Below are positions 11,240 through 26,400 of a DNA stretch of 64,000 bases, piece after piece. How positions within the stretch are numbered: position 1 is the first letter of the stretch; every line of letters begins with the position of its first letter. Location of the stretch: contig JANJGN010000075.1 of assembly GCA_026770705.1 (NCBI GenBank), positions 1,426,001-1,490,000 on the forward strand, given 5' to 3'. This stretch comes from Isurus oxyrinchus. Taxonomy: Eukaryota. The notes below the pieces were generated by a model. That model saw nothing but the letters and a program-made list of their open reading frames with translations. It searched no databases and was not told the origin of the DNA. The translations under genes and the position numbers were made by a program.

Positions 11240-12260
11240 AAAAGGAACATAGAAGCAAGTGGCGGCCATTCAGCTCCTGGAGCCTGCTCTGCATTTCAAT
11301 TAGGCCCATCCTCTAGCTCACCGCTATTTTCCTGCACTGTCCCCATAACCCTTGATATCTTCTGAATCAGGAAACTTATCGATGATTGCCTTGAAGATGG
11401 TAAATGAATGAGCCTCCACTGCCCTCTGGGGTACCGAATCCCAGAACGTTACCATACTCTGAGTGAAGACTTCCCTCCCAACCTAAGTCCTAAATATCCT
11501 CCTGCCCACAACCCTGTAATTATTAGACTCTGTCCCCTTGTTTGTCATCACCCAGACAGGGATCCTATGTCCTGGCATCTGCCCTGTCGAGCCCCATAAG
11601 AATGTTGTGTGATTGAAATAGATCACCTCTCAGCCTTCAGAACTTTTGAAAACACAAGCCTAGTCTCCTCAATGTCTCTCAGAGGCAAATCCCGCCGTTG
11701 CAGGCATCACCCCTGTGAACCAGAGTGGATCTCGGTCTGTGGCAAGTGCATCATTCCTCAGGTAAGGAGGCCAGAACTGTACTTAATCCTCCAGATTCGG
11801 CCTTACCATGGCTCTGAACAAAAGCCGCATGCATTTTTTTAACTCCTGTGCAGTACTCATTTTGCAGTGAAGTTCAACATACCATTTGCTTTCCTAATTG
11901 ATTGCTGAATCTACATGTTAACTTTCAGTGACATATGGACAAGGACGCCCGATTCCACAGACTTCCCAATCTCACTATTTATGATACATTCTGCTTTTCT
12001 GCTTTCCCTACCAAAGTGGATACCATTACATTTTTACATTTTACCTTCCATCCGCCGTATTCATGCCCACCGGCTTTGCCCGTCTAGATCCCCTTGAAGC
12101 CTCCTTGCACCCTGCTCACAACTCATACTTCCATCTAAATGTGTGTCAACATAAAAAATTGTAAATGTTATCTATTTCCCTCACATCCGATTGATTGATG
12201 TAGATTATGAACAGCTGGGGCCCAGAAACTAAATGTTGCATCACCTCATTTTAGTCACTG
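11240..12260 (-). mobile_element. Decayed CR1 LINE (3' part)
   Basis: Reverse-oriented CR1 3' UTR (ggccattcagctcctggagcctgctctgcatttcaat), followed by typical antisense ORF2 remnants (ccagaactgtac, ccaaagtggatacc, gaacagctggggccc). Confidence 0.65.
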
Positions 12261-12919
12261 CCTGGGAAAGTGGGAATTGCACTGTTACCCTCAGCCTGAC
12301 ACATTTTAAATTATTTGCTTTGCTCGCGTTTTATTGTGTATTAAACAGATGTATTTCTTCCTTTCCGATTTCTCACCAACATTCACAAATTTTCCCACCC
12401 CTCCCCTTAAAATAATTCCTATTCCTCACTGCCACGTTGGGAAATATGCGCTAAAATTCATCATATATAAGTAGAATCATCTCAGTTTCCCCAGGTTCTC
12501 GACAGAACTGGAGCCTCTCAACCGGGTAATATTCCCCAAAAGTCAACTTAAACTTCTGTGCTCCGTGGAGAACATTGACAACTGGTGCATTTTCTCCAAA
12601 TAACTGAAACCACGATGATTAATTTCACGCATTGAGCTGCATCTGCTGCATTCCACTATTCCCCTGCTCCCCACTTTTAGCCTCGTTGGGCATTTCTCCT
12701 CACTGTAACCTGATCTTCAGTCTTGTCGTTCCAACTCCCCTGTCCTCACACCCATGACCATTGCGGGATTAGGTTTCCAGTGATACACAGCACGTCATTC
12801 CTTGCCCTCATTCTCAGTAAACAATTGGCAATCTGTTCTGTCTCTTAGAGGTTGAACCTTTGAAAGCATGACTTGCCAGCCTGTTCTGGCACGATTATTC
12901 ATTTAAAGAATTGCTTTGT

Positions 12920-15900
12920 GCCTGACAGTACACTTCAATTTAACACATTTAATGTCTTTGATGCGCCCAGTTACATCCAGTCATTGAGATGTTGTAAAAA
13001 ACTGGTACAATATTAAATATGTTTCTGTATTTAGAAGTCTCGATTCAATTTTGAAGATCAAAGAACCAGAGAACCAGAAACTGCTGCTGTTTCTCTGAGA
13101 GTGTTCATCCTCTTAGGACGGCTTAATATTATTTAAGCCTGAAGTCGTGTAAAAATGTTGATCTATATTATTGTGTTCAGTGTGTTCGACCAAACTGCTC
13201 ACTCTGATGTACTGTTCATGCCGTGAGGACTAAATTTCACTTGATCAAAAATGAAGGGTTCCAAGGCTGAACACAGGGATTTCCAGTTGCTGCATTTTCT
13301 ATCACTTCTCGCAAAATATCCTTTGAAATTACTTGCATTCACAGCAGAGAAACACACCGTTCGGCACAACAGCTTTATGATGGTATAGATATTCCAGACC
13401 ATCCTCCTCGCACCCTCGTTTATCCAATGTTACCACCCCTTCCTCATAATGCTTTTCCAAATAATTTCCCCCTGAAAATTATCAATTCTGTCACCCTCAA
13501 CTACTCCACGATGTACTATGTTCCACATTCTGCCCGCTTCCTGGATTAAGATTTATCTCCTGAATTCCTCATTGCATATGTTGAAGTATATTCTGATCTC
13601 TTGGTTTTATTGCTAGATACTGACTCTGTGACATGACTTGGAGAATAGTGAAATCACACTTCTCGAAATGGGAGCCTGTTGGTCTGCCCACAGCATGCAT
13701 AGGGCCGATAGTCTGGCTGGTTTTGGGTTTCCTATGTGACTTCCAGTCAGCTCAGTGCTCCAAAACAACCTAAAGGAAGCATCTGTCAAGTGTTGTGACA
13801 CAGCTGCTGATTATTCTCTGATATTAGTCCCTTGATTAGAAGTGGGCATGCACTGCAGGAGGCGAAGTACCTTTTGGGCGAGAAATCTACTGTCCTTAAA
13901 TGAATTGGCCTACATGTGAATCTAGGCACACAGCATTGTGGGTGACTATTAACAATGTGTTCTAAATGAGGGGAATTGTGGATGGGCAATAAATTCTGGC
14001 GTAGAGAGCGATACCCACATCTGATGAATGAGAAGGAAAAAAAAGTTTGAAGCAGCTCGAAAAGCCTGTTGTCCTGTCTCACCACTGATGTCCGTTATAA
14101 AATCAATACCTGATTTCAATCTGGATCAGGTGTTGGGGTGGGCTATCTACTGTGGATGTGGATGATTCAACAATGAGCCTCATAGCGTGATATGGAAAGT
14201 TCCATTGCAGGAAAACACCAGAACACAATTAGAACCATTCTGATTAATTATTTTGGGCTGTTCTGTTAATTGTATTTCAATGTCGTTACTGACAGTGACT
14301 AAGTTCCTGTTTCTTTGAACTGAACGCCCATCAATTTGAAACCACTCCCTTCCGCTCTAACGCCTACGTGCTATTAATATCATCTGTAATACTGGCCACT
14401 TTCAGAATGTTTGCATATTTTTTAGTTACTTTCCCAACTTTCAGCTGCTTTAGATATACCTTCTGTTAGTCGGGAGCTGGTATTTTTACCAGCTGTACAA
14501 GTAACTGCTTGTTGTGAATAATTCAGGCAGCGTTTACATTTGAAACTTGAAAGAACTCCACTTCCTCATTCAGCCAGCTGGAGCTGAGCATATCACTGAG
14601 ATATAGATTTGCAGAGTGGGCGGAGACTAATGACCAACAATGCAGCAGTGCATCTTTGTGTTGAGAATTCACCTCTCAATTAGCAGAATCCATTGTTTCA
14701 ATTCACTCTCAATGTCTCCGCCTTTCCACGTTGGAACTCTGACACTTGCGTTCACATTATGTTCCTTGGTCTGGACACGTGTGGGGATATGCAAATATGT
14801 TCAGTGTTTGCACACACAATCCACCCAGCTGCTCTTCTTTGAGTTTTACTGAAGCTTTTATTCGGTCAGAAAATGGACCATTTGAGATTTTTTAAAACCC
14901 ATTTCAGTTGAGTTCTGCACCTAAGGCAAAGGGGATACATTGACGATTGCCATTAATTGTTAATAGTGTTTGCAAATGGATACCCATTACAATAAATGAC
15001 TGGAGGTATTGAAATCTTATACCCGAGGAGGTCATTCGGCCCACCCTTTCTGTGCTGGATTTTTTATGAGCTGCTAAATATTGTACAATGCCCCAATTTT
15101 AATTTTGCTAACGTACAAATTATACATGTTGAAAAGCATGTAAAGTGGTGTTTGTAAAGCGCATATGGAATCATTTGCACCATAATTTCAATGTTTCCCT
15201 TCCAAACCTAAACATTCCATTCATTTTTAACCCTTTTTGTGAGATCATATGAACATTTGTTCATTAGAAATTGGAGCAGCGGAAGGCCATTCACACACTC
15301 GATCCTGCTCCGCCGTTCAATGAGATCATGGCTAACCTAATTGCAACCTCCCTTGTCTGGTCCCAGGCATCTTGCGGTCATTGTACATCACAGCGTTGAA
15401 TATATTAAATATCCCTGCCTTCACTGCTCCCTGATGAAGATTGATCCCATGAGAACAAATTCATCTTCGAATCCGTTCAACTCTGTGAATCCTTCTTTGT
15501 AAACTGTGCCAACTAATTCTCACTCCCCCCACAGGGTGAACATTCCCCTAGATTCTAGTCTGTAAAACACCTTCAATACCTTGTATGCTTCTATCAGTCC
15601 AGCTCCCAGGTTTAAAAGTGTGATTGAGTATTGGTCCTATTTTTTCAGCCTTTCCTTATCTCTTTGTCCAAGCTTTCAGCAAAACTTGTGTGAACTGCCC
15701 CTAATGACTACATAATATTAGTTACTTGAGGAAGCCAAAATGGCAGACAGTACTGTTGGTCTCACCAATGCTCTGCTCAAATGCAGTGAGATCCCTATAT
15801 TTAAACTCAATCCCATTTGCACCGAAATGACAATATTTAATTTTCCTTCATTGTTCCATGTTATATCTTCATTTCATTTCTCTGTAATTCATGAATAATG

Positions 15901-18900
15901 CTCCCAGATCCATCTCTGCTAGAGTATTGTGCGGACCCTCACATTGTATTTAAAATCCTGCTTTTCCATTTTATTAAACCATGTGGATTAGGACATATTT
16001 TCCCAGATTATACTCTATCTGATACATTTATGGCCAGCCACTCACCTGCTTGTATCTGTTGCAAATTCACCATATGCTTCACCAGTCTCCCCTCCGAAAG
16101 GACCAATTCCTAATTGATGATTTATCCTTCCTGTCTGATATAATTTTTATTAATGCTTTTTGTCCCTTTCTGTTTGTACACTGTTATATGATGCGCACAT
16201 CCTGAATCTGTTGGCATGATGCAATGTCCATTTGTGTTAAGTGTTTTAAAGGTGTTTTGTGGAATATTTAGTAACTGCTTCGCATTGGAAGTAGGTTACA
16301 TTAATTTGTATGAATAAATGAATGCAGGGAGATTCACTATGTAAGTCCACGTACATTACTGGTCTCTTATACATTAATTAATTAATGTTGTTTTCATTAT
16401 ATTCAATAAATGTTGCCACAATATATTGTCATCCAATTTGTTTTGACACATGTCGATCCATTGCTTTTCCAGACAAGGTTTAAATTGCTCTTTTTTTCTG
16501 AGATGATGTGTTTCTGACCTGAAACAACAGTTTTCCATTGCAAACATTTGTTCTCAGTCTGAAATTCAGCCAGGCACTTCAGCAAATTATTGATCCGTTA
16601 TTATTTTTTTTTCCACTTTGCATTAGGTCCATACGTGAAGTTTGAAGTTGGTGTTCGTTCACCAATCATGCTTGTTACTTTGAATTGAAACACTAATAGA
16701 GTTTCATTTTTAGGTTGCACTTTCTCTTTCGGCCTGCTTGATTTAGGCACATTCTTGAAATAGATATCTGTATAGATTGCCGAGAATAATACCCTTCAGT
16801 TAACACATTGCAGCAGCTGCATTTTATGGCCTACATATATCCTGTTACCTGCTTTGGTTCCAATAGTTAGTGCAGCGAACCATTCAATAATGGAGTACAA
16901 GGACACAGACAGAAGGACCGTCAGAGACAGATGCACACCCAATGACAGACATGCAGACAGTGACAGACACACAGACAGTGACAGACACAAGAAAAGGGAT
17001 AAGCATAGAAACAGATTTTAAAGAAACAGAGAGACACAGAGACGGTGACAGGCACACATACAGGGACAAAAACACTGATGCGACAGGCGCACGGATTGAG
17101 GAATAAATAAACACACAGGCAGACTCACAGAAAATGACAGAGACGCTGACAAAGGCAGACAATGGTACAGCAACAGAGGCACAGAGTGTGACAGGCAGGC
17201 ACACAGAGAAACAGTATAAGTAACATGGAGACAAGCACTGTGACAGACACACGAAAGACACAGAGTCAGCAACATTCACACAGCCAGAGACCATCACACA
17301 GCCAGCGACAGAATCACCAACAAGGATAGACACGCTGACAGAAACTGGTATGCAGAGAGTGTCAGACACACATACAGTGACAGAAACAAAGGCAGTGAAA
17401 GACATACAAAAAGTGCTAGAAATGCAGACAGTGACAAACATCGAGAGAGGTGGGCGCACAGAGTGAAGAAGCACAGACAGGGAACAAAAAAAAGACAGGG
17501 ACATGCACACAGAAAATGAGAGGCACACAGGCCCTGACAGACACAAAGACAATGAGAGAAGCCCAGACAGAGTCAGGCACATCGACAGGGACTGTCACAC
17601 ACATTGAGACATTTACACATGTCACTTATCCACAGGGAAACATTTTTGACCTAACTATAACCTGTGATTCAGATACATTTCTGAGAATCATCTCTTTAGT
17701 TTGTTCTCTGTCATTTTTTTTCTAACAACTAGATATCCATGTTTTTTTTTTAAACTCATATTTCACTCTTCCTGCTTCCTGATGTCTACATGTATGTGAA
17801 CACTCTTCTCAATTTCAGATGTTAGGCCACTGACCTACAGTTCCCTGCTCACTGCCTTCTTCCTTTTCTAGGCAATAGATGTTAGAATTCCGATTTACCA
17901 AGCAGCTGATAACTTAAAGAACCTAGGGAATTTTGGAAGATTACAAACAGTGTAAACTTCACTGTCACTGGAACTCCCTTCCTAACAACACTTACCTACA
18001 CGACAGGGACTGCAGCTGTTCAAGAAGGCGGCTCACCAGGGGCTTCCCAAGGGTCAGTTAAGGGTTGACGATGCATGTTGGACGAGCGAGCGATGCCCAC
18101 ACTTGGTAAATGAATAAAACATATATATCACAGCTGTTCCTTGTTTTAAGACCCCAGGAAACAGACCATCGATTGCAGAAGACTTGCCAGCCTTTCAGTC
18201 CCTTGGTTTTCGCATTTTTTTTTTCTCCAGGGATTGTGGTTGTTTTAGCTTCCTCCTTCTTCATTCTCTGCCATTCTTTGGGTGCCTTCGTTGCATCCAC
18301 TACCAGGTTCTTGATGCCCAACATTAATTCGCCAGTCTCCCCCTCTCAGGGACCAATGCACATTTTGGCTTTTGCCTTAATTTTCTCAAACTTGTTTAAG
18401 ATTTTTCTTCAGTCTGTAAATAGACGATGACTTGGAGCTCGAATCCTCAAGCCGTTGGTGGATTATAATGTGTCTGCTTATTAAAAACTTCTGAGCTGCT
18501 TTTTGGAATGTTTAATAATTGATTTGTATTTGAAGCAGCTTACATTGAATAGTTTGACTAATTGAGTGCAGGATTATTCAGTCTGCTTGTCTGCACTACT
18601 GGCGGTGTTGTAATGCGGAATTAATTATTTAAACTATTCAAAGTATTTAATACAAATTCTCACAATGTATTTTCATGCAATGTGTTTTAACACATGACTG
18701 TCTCTGGACGATTTTTTCTACTCTCAATGGTTAAATTGTTTTGTGCCTCAGATGATGTGTTTCTGCTGTGAAACCGCTGGTTTGCGTTAGAAACACTCTC
18801 TGTCTCTGTGAAATTCGCACAGTTACATTTCCAAATGTTTCACCTGTTGATATTTAATTTTCATTCAATATCCATTTAGTTGATATGCGAAGTGTGATGC

Positions 18901-20460
18901 ATGTAACAGTTAACAAACTACTCTTTTTATGGTGAATTGAAGCACTTATCAGTTCTTATTATTTAGACAGCATCTTCTCATTTAGTCGCCAGGCGTTAGT
19001 CACATCATTGAGATAGAGATCTGTATAGGGGCGGAGACTAATGTAAACAATTTGCAGCAGCTTCTCTTTCTGCTGAAATTTCATCATGTACCTTCCTGAG
19101 GTTTGTTTTTTGTTCAACTTCAAAACTGCTAATCAATGAATTCGTTCCATTATGCTGCTCACAGACATAGACATGGACTCAGATGGAGGAAGGTACGCAG
19201 ACAGAGACAAACACATACACAGAGTCAGGCACATAGACTGAGATACTGACACAGAGTCAGAAACACCGACAGACACACCGACACACGTACAGGCAGAGAG
19301 ACACATGAAGATACATACACACAGGGACAGACTGACAGAGAGAGAGGAGGAAAGAAAGAGAGGAATGCAAATGCCGAGGCGTACAGGTAGATGCACTGTC
19401 AGACATAGACACACACACAGACAGAGAGAGACATAGGGAGAGAAACAAACGCAGACAAAAGGCATACAAGCAGACACAGACAGCGACAGATACACAGACA
19501 GAGACATTTAAACAAATATACCATAACCACAGAGAACATTATAAATTCCTCCAGATCCTCACGCATGGTTCCTTCTCTGTGAGCTCCGTGGCCTCCTACA
19601 GCTGAATCCTGAGGAGAAATGTCTAATGATGACAGTCGAGAGATAGAGTAAGGGTTGAAACTGGAGGCATAGATCAACCTCATCCTGCGTCCTTCCCCCA
19701 ATCCAGCATAAGTGGGATCGGAATGCCAGTGGATTCCCCTCCAGACTCCATTCCTGCTTGTGAACTTATCCAGACAGCACCACGTTTCCCCTGCTCCCCC
19801 TCTGCTCCTCCAAAATCCAGGTCATCTACTTTCCACCCCTCCCCCCAATGGATGCAATTTTTCCTTATTCGCATGATCAATCCCATATATGATTTGGAAA
19901 CCTCCAGCATGTTTCATCATAGCCTCCTGTGTTCTGTATCAGTCTGTGTGTCTGTCTCAGTCTGTGTGTCTGAGTTTTAGTGTCCCATTAATGAATTTCT
20001 CGCAATAAGGAGAACGATCCCAGCTTGTCCTACCACTCCACATAACTGAAGCCCCCTCATCCCTGGTACCAATGTAGCCAATATCCCTTCCAGCCTTTCC
20101 AAGTCTTGGACATCCTCCCTAAATTTGACGCAAGAATTGGACACAATGTCCCAGATGACGCCTAGCTGATAATTTATGCATTTTCAGAATGGATTCCTCT
20201 ATTCTGTACATGTTAGCGTTTATGTTTAGCATCACAATTACTGCAGGATAGTTTTTCCACATTTTCTTCAACGTTTGCATCGGAACATCCGAACAATGAG
20301 CAGGAGTAGGCCATTCGGCCCCTTCTGCCTGCTCTGACATTTAATAAATTCATGGATGATCTGATAGTAACGTCATCTGAATCCCTCCTACCCCGATAAC
20401 GTATCACACCCTTGTTTACCAAGAATCTATCCACCTCTGCCTTAACAATATTCAAAAACT
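12920..20460. repeat. Higher-order segmental repeat, unit 1 (modules A-B-C)
   Basis: Starts cttcaatttaacacatttaat...cattgagatg, which recurs at ~20470 and ~28412. Carries cassettes at 14597, 16756 and 19009. Boundaries approximate. Confidence 0.75.
16895..17620. repeat. Degenerate (AC/AG)n microsatellite tract
   Basis: Built from acag/acac/agag units. Paralogous tracts at ~19160-19510, 24250-25040, 26878-27440, 33220-33885 and 35165-35335. Confidence 0.9.
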
Positions 20461-23400
20461 GACATTACCCTTCATTTCAACACATTTAATTTGTCTTATG
20501 CGCCAAAATGCATTCAGACATTGAGATGTTTGAAGATGCTGGCGCAATACTAAATAAGCTTCTGTAATTAAAAGTCTTGAATTCAGTTTTGATGATAAAT
20601 GAATTTTTGAGAAACAACAGCTGCTGCTGTTGCTCTCACAGTCCTGATGCTTTAATCTGGATCAGATAATGGACTGGGGAATTCAACGTGAACAGGATCA
20701 TTCATCAGCGACAGTCATCGGGAGATTTGGAAAGTTAAATTGGAGAAAAACGCTTGAAAACAATTAGGGAACATTTTGATGAATGTATTTTCTGTTGTTT
20801 TGTTAATTATAATTCAGTTTCGTTACTGCAGACACTAAGCTCCTGTTTATTTGAACTGAAGCCCCATGAAGTTGAACCTGCTCCTTTCCGCTCTAGTGCC
20901 TAAGTGCCGTCACATTCCTCTTTAATACTGGCCACTTTCGGAAGGTTTGCTTATTTTTCAGTCATGTTCCCAGCCTTAAGCTGTTTTCAAAATACCTTCT
21001 CTTAGCTTTGAGCTGGTGTCTTTAGCAACTCTAGAACTAAAGAGTTATCTTCAATAATTCAGGCAGCGTTTACATTTGGAAACTTAAATTAACTCCACTT
21101 CCTCATTCAACCTGCGAGAACTGAGCATGTCACTGAGATACAAATCTGCAGGGTGGGCGGAGACTAATGACCAACAATACAACAGTCTACCTTTGTGTTC
21201 AGTATTCACCTCTCAATTACCATATCCCATTGTTTCAGTTCCACTGTCAATGTCTCCAACTATTACATATTGGAGGTCTGACACATTCACATTGTATTTC
21301 TTGGTCTGGACACATGTCCGGATCTGCAAAGATGCTTAAAGTTTGCACACACAGTACAGCCTGTTGGTTTCATTTGGCATTCTCTGAAGCTTTCATTTGG
21401 TCAGTAAATGGAATTTTGTGAGATTTTAAACTTATTTCAGTTATTTTTTATGCTTAAGTCAAAGGGCAAACATTGGCGCCTCCCATTAATTTGTGGTAAT
21501 ATTTGCAAATGAAAACCCAGTACAACAAATAAAACTAGAGGTATTGAAATCTTAGACCAGAGGAGGCAATAGGAACCGTCCTTTCTGTGCTGGACTTTGT
21601 AATTGCTGCTAATTATGTGCAATTTAAATTTTGCAAAGATATTTTTTTCCAGTTGAATTGTATGTCTTTGTAAAGTTCATATGGAATCATTTTGCACCAC
21701 GCTATCAATACCCCTCTGACAAAGTTAAACATTCCATTCATTTTTAGACCCTTATGTGAGATCATATGATCATTAGGTCATTAGAAATGGGAGCAGGTGT
21801 AGGCCATTCAAACACTCGATCCTGCTCTGCCATTCAATGAGATCAAGACTGATCAAATTGTGGCCTTCCTTGTCTGGCCCGCATGCACCTTGACGTCTTT
21901 CCACATCACAGCTTTAATATATTAATTGTCCCAGCCTCCACTGCCATTTGAAAGAAGATAACTCTTGTGGAAACAAATTCCTCTCTGACTCCGTTCCACT
22001 GGGTGAACCCTGTTTTCTAAACTATTTCTTAATCCCCCCACGGGGTGAACATTCTCCTTGTATTTAGTCTGTAAAATACATTCAATATCTTGCATACTTC
22101 TGCAAGTCCAGTTCTCAGGTTTCGAAGTGCGATTGAGGATTGAACCAATCTTCTAAGCCTTTCCTGATCTCTTCAGACAAGCTTTCAGTGAATTTGTGTG
22201 AACTGCTCCTAATGATAATATACCGCTCCTTACGTAAGGAGGCCAAAGTGGCAGACAGTACTGTTGGTGTGATCTCACCAATGTTCTGCACAATTGCAGT
22301 GAGGTTCCCTACATTAACGCTCAATAGCCATTGCCCAAAGTGACAAGATTCCATTTTCCTTCATCGTAATTTGTTGCACGTTGTTTGTATCTCTCTGAAA
22401 TTAATGAGCAAGGGCAGCCAAACCCCGCTATAGTAGAGAATTTTGCAGCCTCTCTAACTGTAGTTAATATTCTGATTTCCTATTTCATCCCGCCATTTGG
22501 AAAAGTTCATATTTTCCCAGATTTACTCCATCTGACAAATTGATGGCCAGTCAATCACCTGATTGTATCTGATTCAGATTCACGATATGCTTCTCACAAC
22601 CTTCTTTCCTGCTCATCTTTGTAGCCTTGCCAACTGCGTTACAGCGCACACGCCACATTCTCAGCCAAGCATTCACATGGTTGGTAAATGTTTGAAGCTC
22701 CAGCAAAGATCACTGTAGCACTCCAATCGTTACACCTTGCTGACCTGAACATGGTCAATTTTCCCCTCCTCTCGGGTTCAAGTTAGTTTTCCAGTCCTCT
22801 AACCTTGCTCAAATATCACCCACAACAGCAAGAGCTCTTATTTTGTGCGCTGGTTTTTTAATGCATGGTGGGTTATCAAACTACGTTTGCAAATTGAAAA
22901 TGAGGACACCTGCTGATTCCCCTTTGCCTAGTCTGCTTGTTGGACCCTCAAAGAGCACCGACATTTGACAAACTCCATTTCCCTTAAAGACAATCTTGTT
23001 GACACTGCTGGATTGTAGCATGATTTTATTACTGTCCTGCTGCTACACCCTTAGTAATGGATCTGAATTATTCATAAGGTTAGATATTAGGCAATCGGCC
23101 TATAGTTCCCTGCTGCTTCTTGCCTTAATACTTTCTAGAATGTAGGTGTTACAATTCCAAATTCCAAGCAGCAGAGAGCTGCCCAGAGTCGAGAGAATTT
23201 TAGAGGATTACAAACAATGTATCCATTGTCACTGTTGTCGTCTCCTTTAGGACCCCAGGATGCTGGTCATGATTCCAGGAGGCTTGTCAGTCTTTATTTC
23301 CATTAGTGCTCCCAGTACTTCATTCTCCAGTGATTGTGTTTGTTTTAGCTTCCTCCCTCTTGATTTTCCTCCATGCCTTGGATGATTCTTGTGTCATCAA

Positions 23401-26400
23401 GTGCAAAGACTGATTTAAAAATGATCGTTCAAACGCTTTGCCATTTCCTTACTTCCCCCTTAGTACTTCGCCAGTCTCCCCGTCAACGGGACTAATTCTC
23501 AACTGGCAATTTGGTTTACCTGTTTCATACACTTCTTGAAGCTTTGTTTTCCTGTCTGTACACTGTTAAACAGCACGAATATCTTGAATCAGCTGGCATG
23601 ATGCAATGTGCATGTGTGTGAAGAGGATCAAAGATGTGTGGAATAATTTGTGTCATAATCGCTTTGGAAGCAGGTTACATTTACTTGCATGAATAATTGA
23701 GCGCAGGGAGTTTAAGAATATATGTCCACAAACATTGCTGGTCTTTTATCCAAGAATTAATCAATATTTTTATCCAATCTATTTGAACACATGTCGATGC
23801 ATTGCTTTTCCAGAAAATGGTTTAAATTGCCCTTTTATTGAGATTATATTTTTCTGACCTGAAACTACACGTTTCCGTTGTAAACATTTGCTGTCACTGT
23901 GAAGTTCAGCCAGACACTTAGCAAATGTTTTATCCATTGTTATTTAATTTTCTTCCACTCTGCATTTGGTCAATACGCGAATTGTGCCTTCGGTGACAAT
24001 GAGTAAAGTAAGTTTGTTACCGTAATTTGAAACACAAATAGTGTCTCCATTTTTAGGTTACTTTCTCTTTTGGCCTGCTTGAGTTGGGTACTTTCTTGAG
24101 AGAGAGATCTGTATAGAGGCCGGAGACTAATTTCCTTCAGTTAACACATTGCAGAAGATGCCTTTTATGGTCTACATTTATCTTGTTACCTTCATTGCTT
24201 CCAATATGAAAGCTTGTTGTTTGTGCAGCAAACCATTCCATAATGGTTCACAAAGAAACAGACTGAAGCACCGACAGAGACAGATGCTCAGACAGTGACA
24301 GACACACAGACAGCGAATGACACATGGAAAGGAACAGGTATAGAGACTGAGACAGATACAAAAGACACAGAAAGACACTCAAACAGTAACATACACACAG
24401 TCCTGGGCAGAAACACAGAATGACACAGGCACACAGACAGAGGCAAACATGAAGACACAGACAGAGACACAGATAGTAACAGATGCACAGACAGAGGCAG
24501 TGACTAGTGCAGTAACAGAGGCGCAGAGTTTGACAGGCAGGTACACAGAGACATGGAAAGCGGCATGCTGACAATGGCAGTATCAGGCACACGACAGAGA
24601 CAGAGACAGTAACAGGCTGAGGCAATCACACAGATAGCGACAGAAACATCAACAGGGACAGACATGCAGACAGGAACTGTTACACAGAGCATGGTAAGAC
24701 AGACAGATGGTGACAGACAGAAAGGCCGTGAAAGACAGACAGACAGTGACGGAGACACAGACAGTGACAAACACACAGACAGTGGCAGAAACGCAGACAG
24801 TGACAGGCACACAGACAGAGACAGAGACATTGATAGAGACAGGCATACAGGCAGTGTCAGGAACAGGCAGAGATGGGCGCACATAGTGAAGAAGCACATA
24901 AAGGGAAAGAGGCAAAGGCAGGTACTGGCATGCAAACAAGGACATGCACACAGGCAGTGACAGGCACACAGACAGTGGTAGAAACAAAGAACCAGACAGG
25001 CACACAGATAGAGACTGTCCCACACATTGAGACATTTACACAACTCACTTATCCACAGTGAAATATGTTTCACTGGAGCCTCCTTCACTGTTTCATTTCT
25101 GTTCACGTTTGCCCCTCTTTATACCGTGGGATATCCAGGGAAACGATGAGGCCTGAAGGTAAACGGCCATTCTGGGCCATAGAGTGATAGGGAGAGCTCT
25201 CCATGCTAAACATCCATCACACAGTCCCTGCGGGCAGCCCACCTCCCAAATCCTAGGTTTGGGATTGTAAACCTGAAGGCCCTCATCGCTGGTACAATTT
25301 TGGACAACCTTCTTTCAAACATTTCAAAGGCCTGGAAATCCTTTCTCAAGTGTGTTGCCCAGACATCGTCACATTGACTCAGCTGCGGTCTAAGCTGTGA
25401 TTCAGTTTTGTTTATGAGAATCATCTCCTGAGTTTGTTCTCTATTATTTATGTCCAGCAATTAGATATCCATTTGTAAAAAATAAAATTTCACTTCTCCT
25501 GCCTCTTGTAGACTACGTGCATGTGAACTGTCTTCTCAGTGTCAGATGTTTGGTAACTGGTCTACAGATCCCTTTTTACTATCTTCCTCATTTCTGGACA
25601 ATAGATGTTAGGTTTTCAATTTTCCAAGCCATTGGTAAATTGCATTAAGAATCTAGGGAATTTTCGAAGATTACAAGAGGTGCAAACTTCACTGTCACTG
25701 GAACTCACTTCCTAACAGCAGTGCCGGTGTACCTACAACACGGGGCCTGCCGCTGTTCAAGAAGCCGGTTCACATCAAGGGGCAATTTGGGAGGATAAAT
25801 GCTGGAGGAGCCAATTAAGCCCACACTCGGTAAAAGAAGAAAAATATTTTAAGACCCCAGGATGCAGGCTATCGATGACAGAAACATTGCCAGCCTTTCG
25901 CTCCATTGGTTTTCACAATGTTTTTTAGTCACTGATTTTATTTGTTTTAGCTTCCCCGTTTCTTGATTCTCAGCCATTATTTGAATGCATTTGTTCCATC
26001 CCATACCAGGTACTTGATTCCCATTATTAATTCGTCAGCATCCCCCTCCCAGGGACCAATGCACATTTTGGCTTCTGGCTTCTTTTTCACATACTTGATG
26101 AAGCTTTATTTTTTTGTTCTCTCTGCAAATAGACGCTGATGTGGCGCTCAAATCTTCAACATGTTGGCAAAATGCAACGTGTCTGTTCATTATCAACTTC
26201 TGAGCTGCTTTCTAGAATGTTTAATATCTGATTTGTATTTGAAACAGCTCGCATTTAACTGTTTGAATAATTGAGTGCAGGACGATTGACTTTGTCTGCA
26301 CAACTAGCAGACAAAGCAGAATTAATTATTTAAACTATTCAGAGTATTTAATACAACTTCTCACAATGTATTTTCAATCAATGTGTTTCAACACATGCCT

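Noticed and set aside
13620-13830. Conserved block shared with 29070-29280, considered as a hidden exon
   Set aside because: The frames I translated do not stay open in both copies, and no consistent splice sites were found. It is explained by the segmental duplication.
16884-17582. Long Cys/Val/Ser/Leu-rich ORFs (also 19133-19507, 24248-25106, 33315-33833)
   Set aside because: These are translations of (TG/TC)n low-complexity tracts, not membrane proteins.
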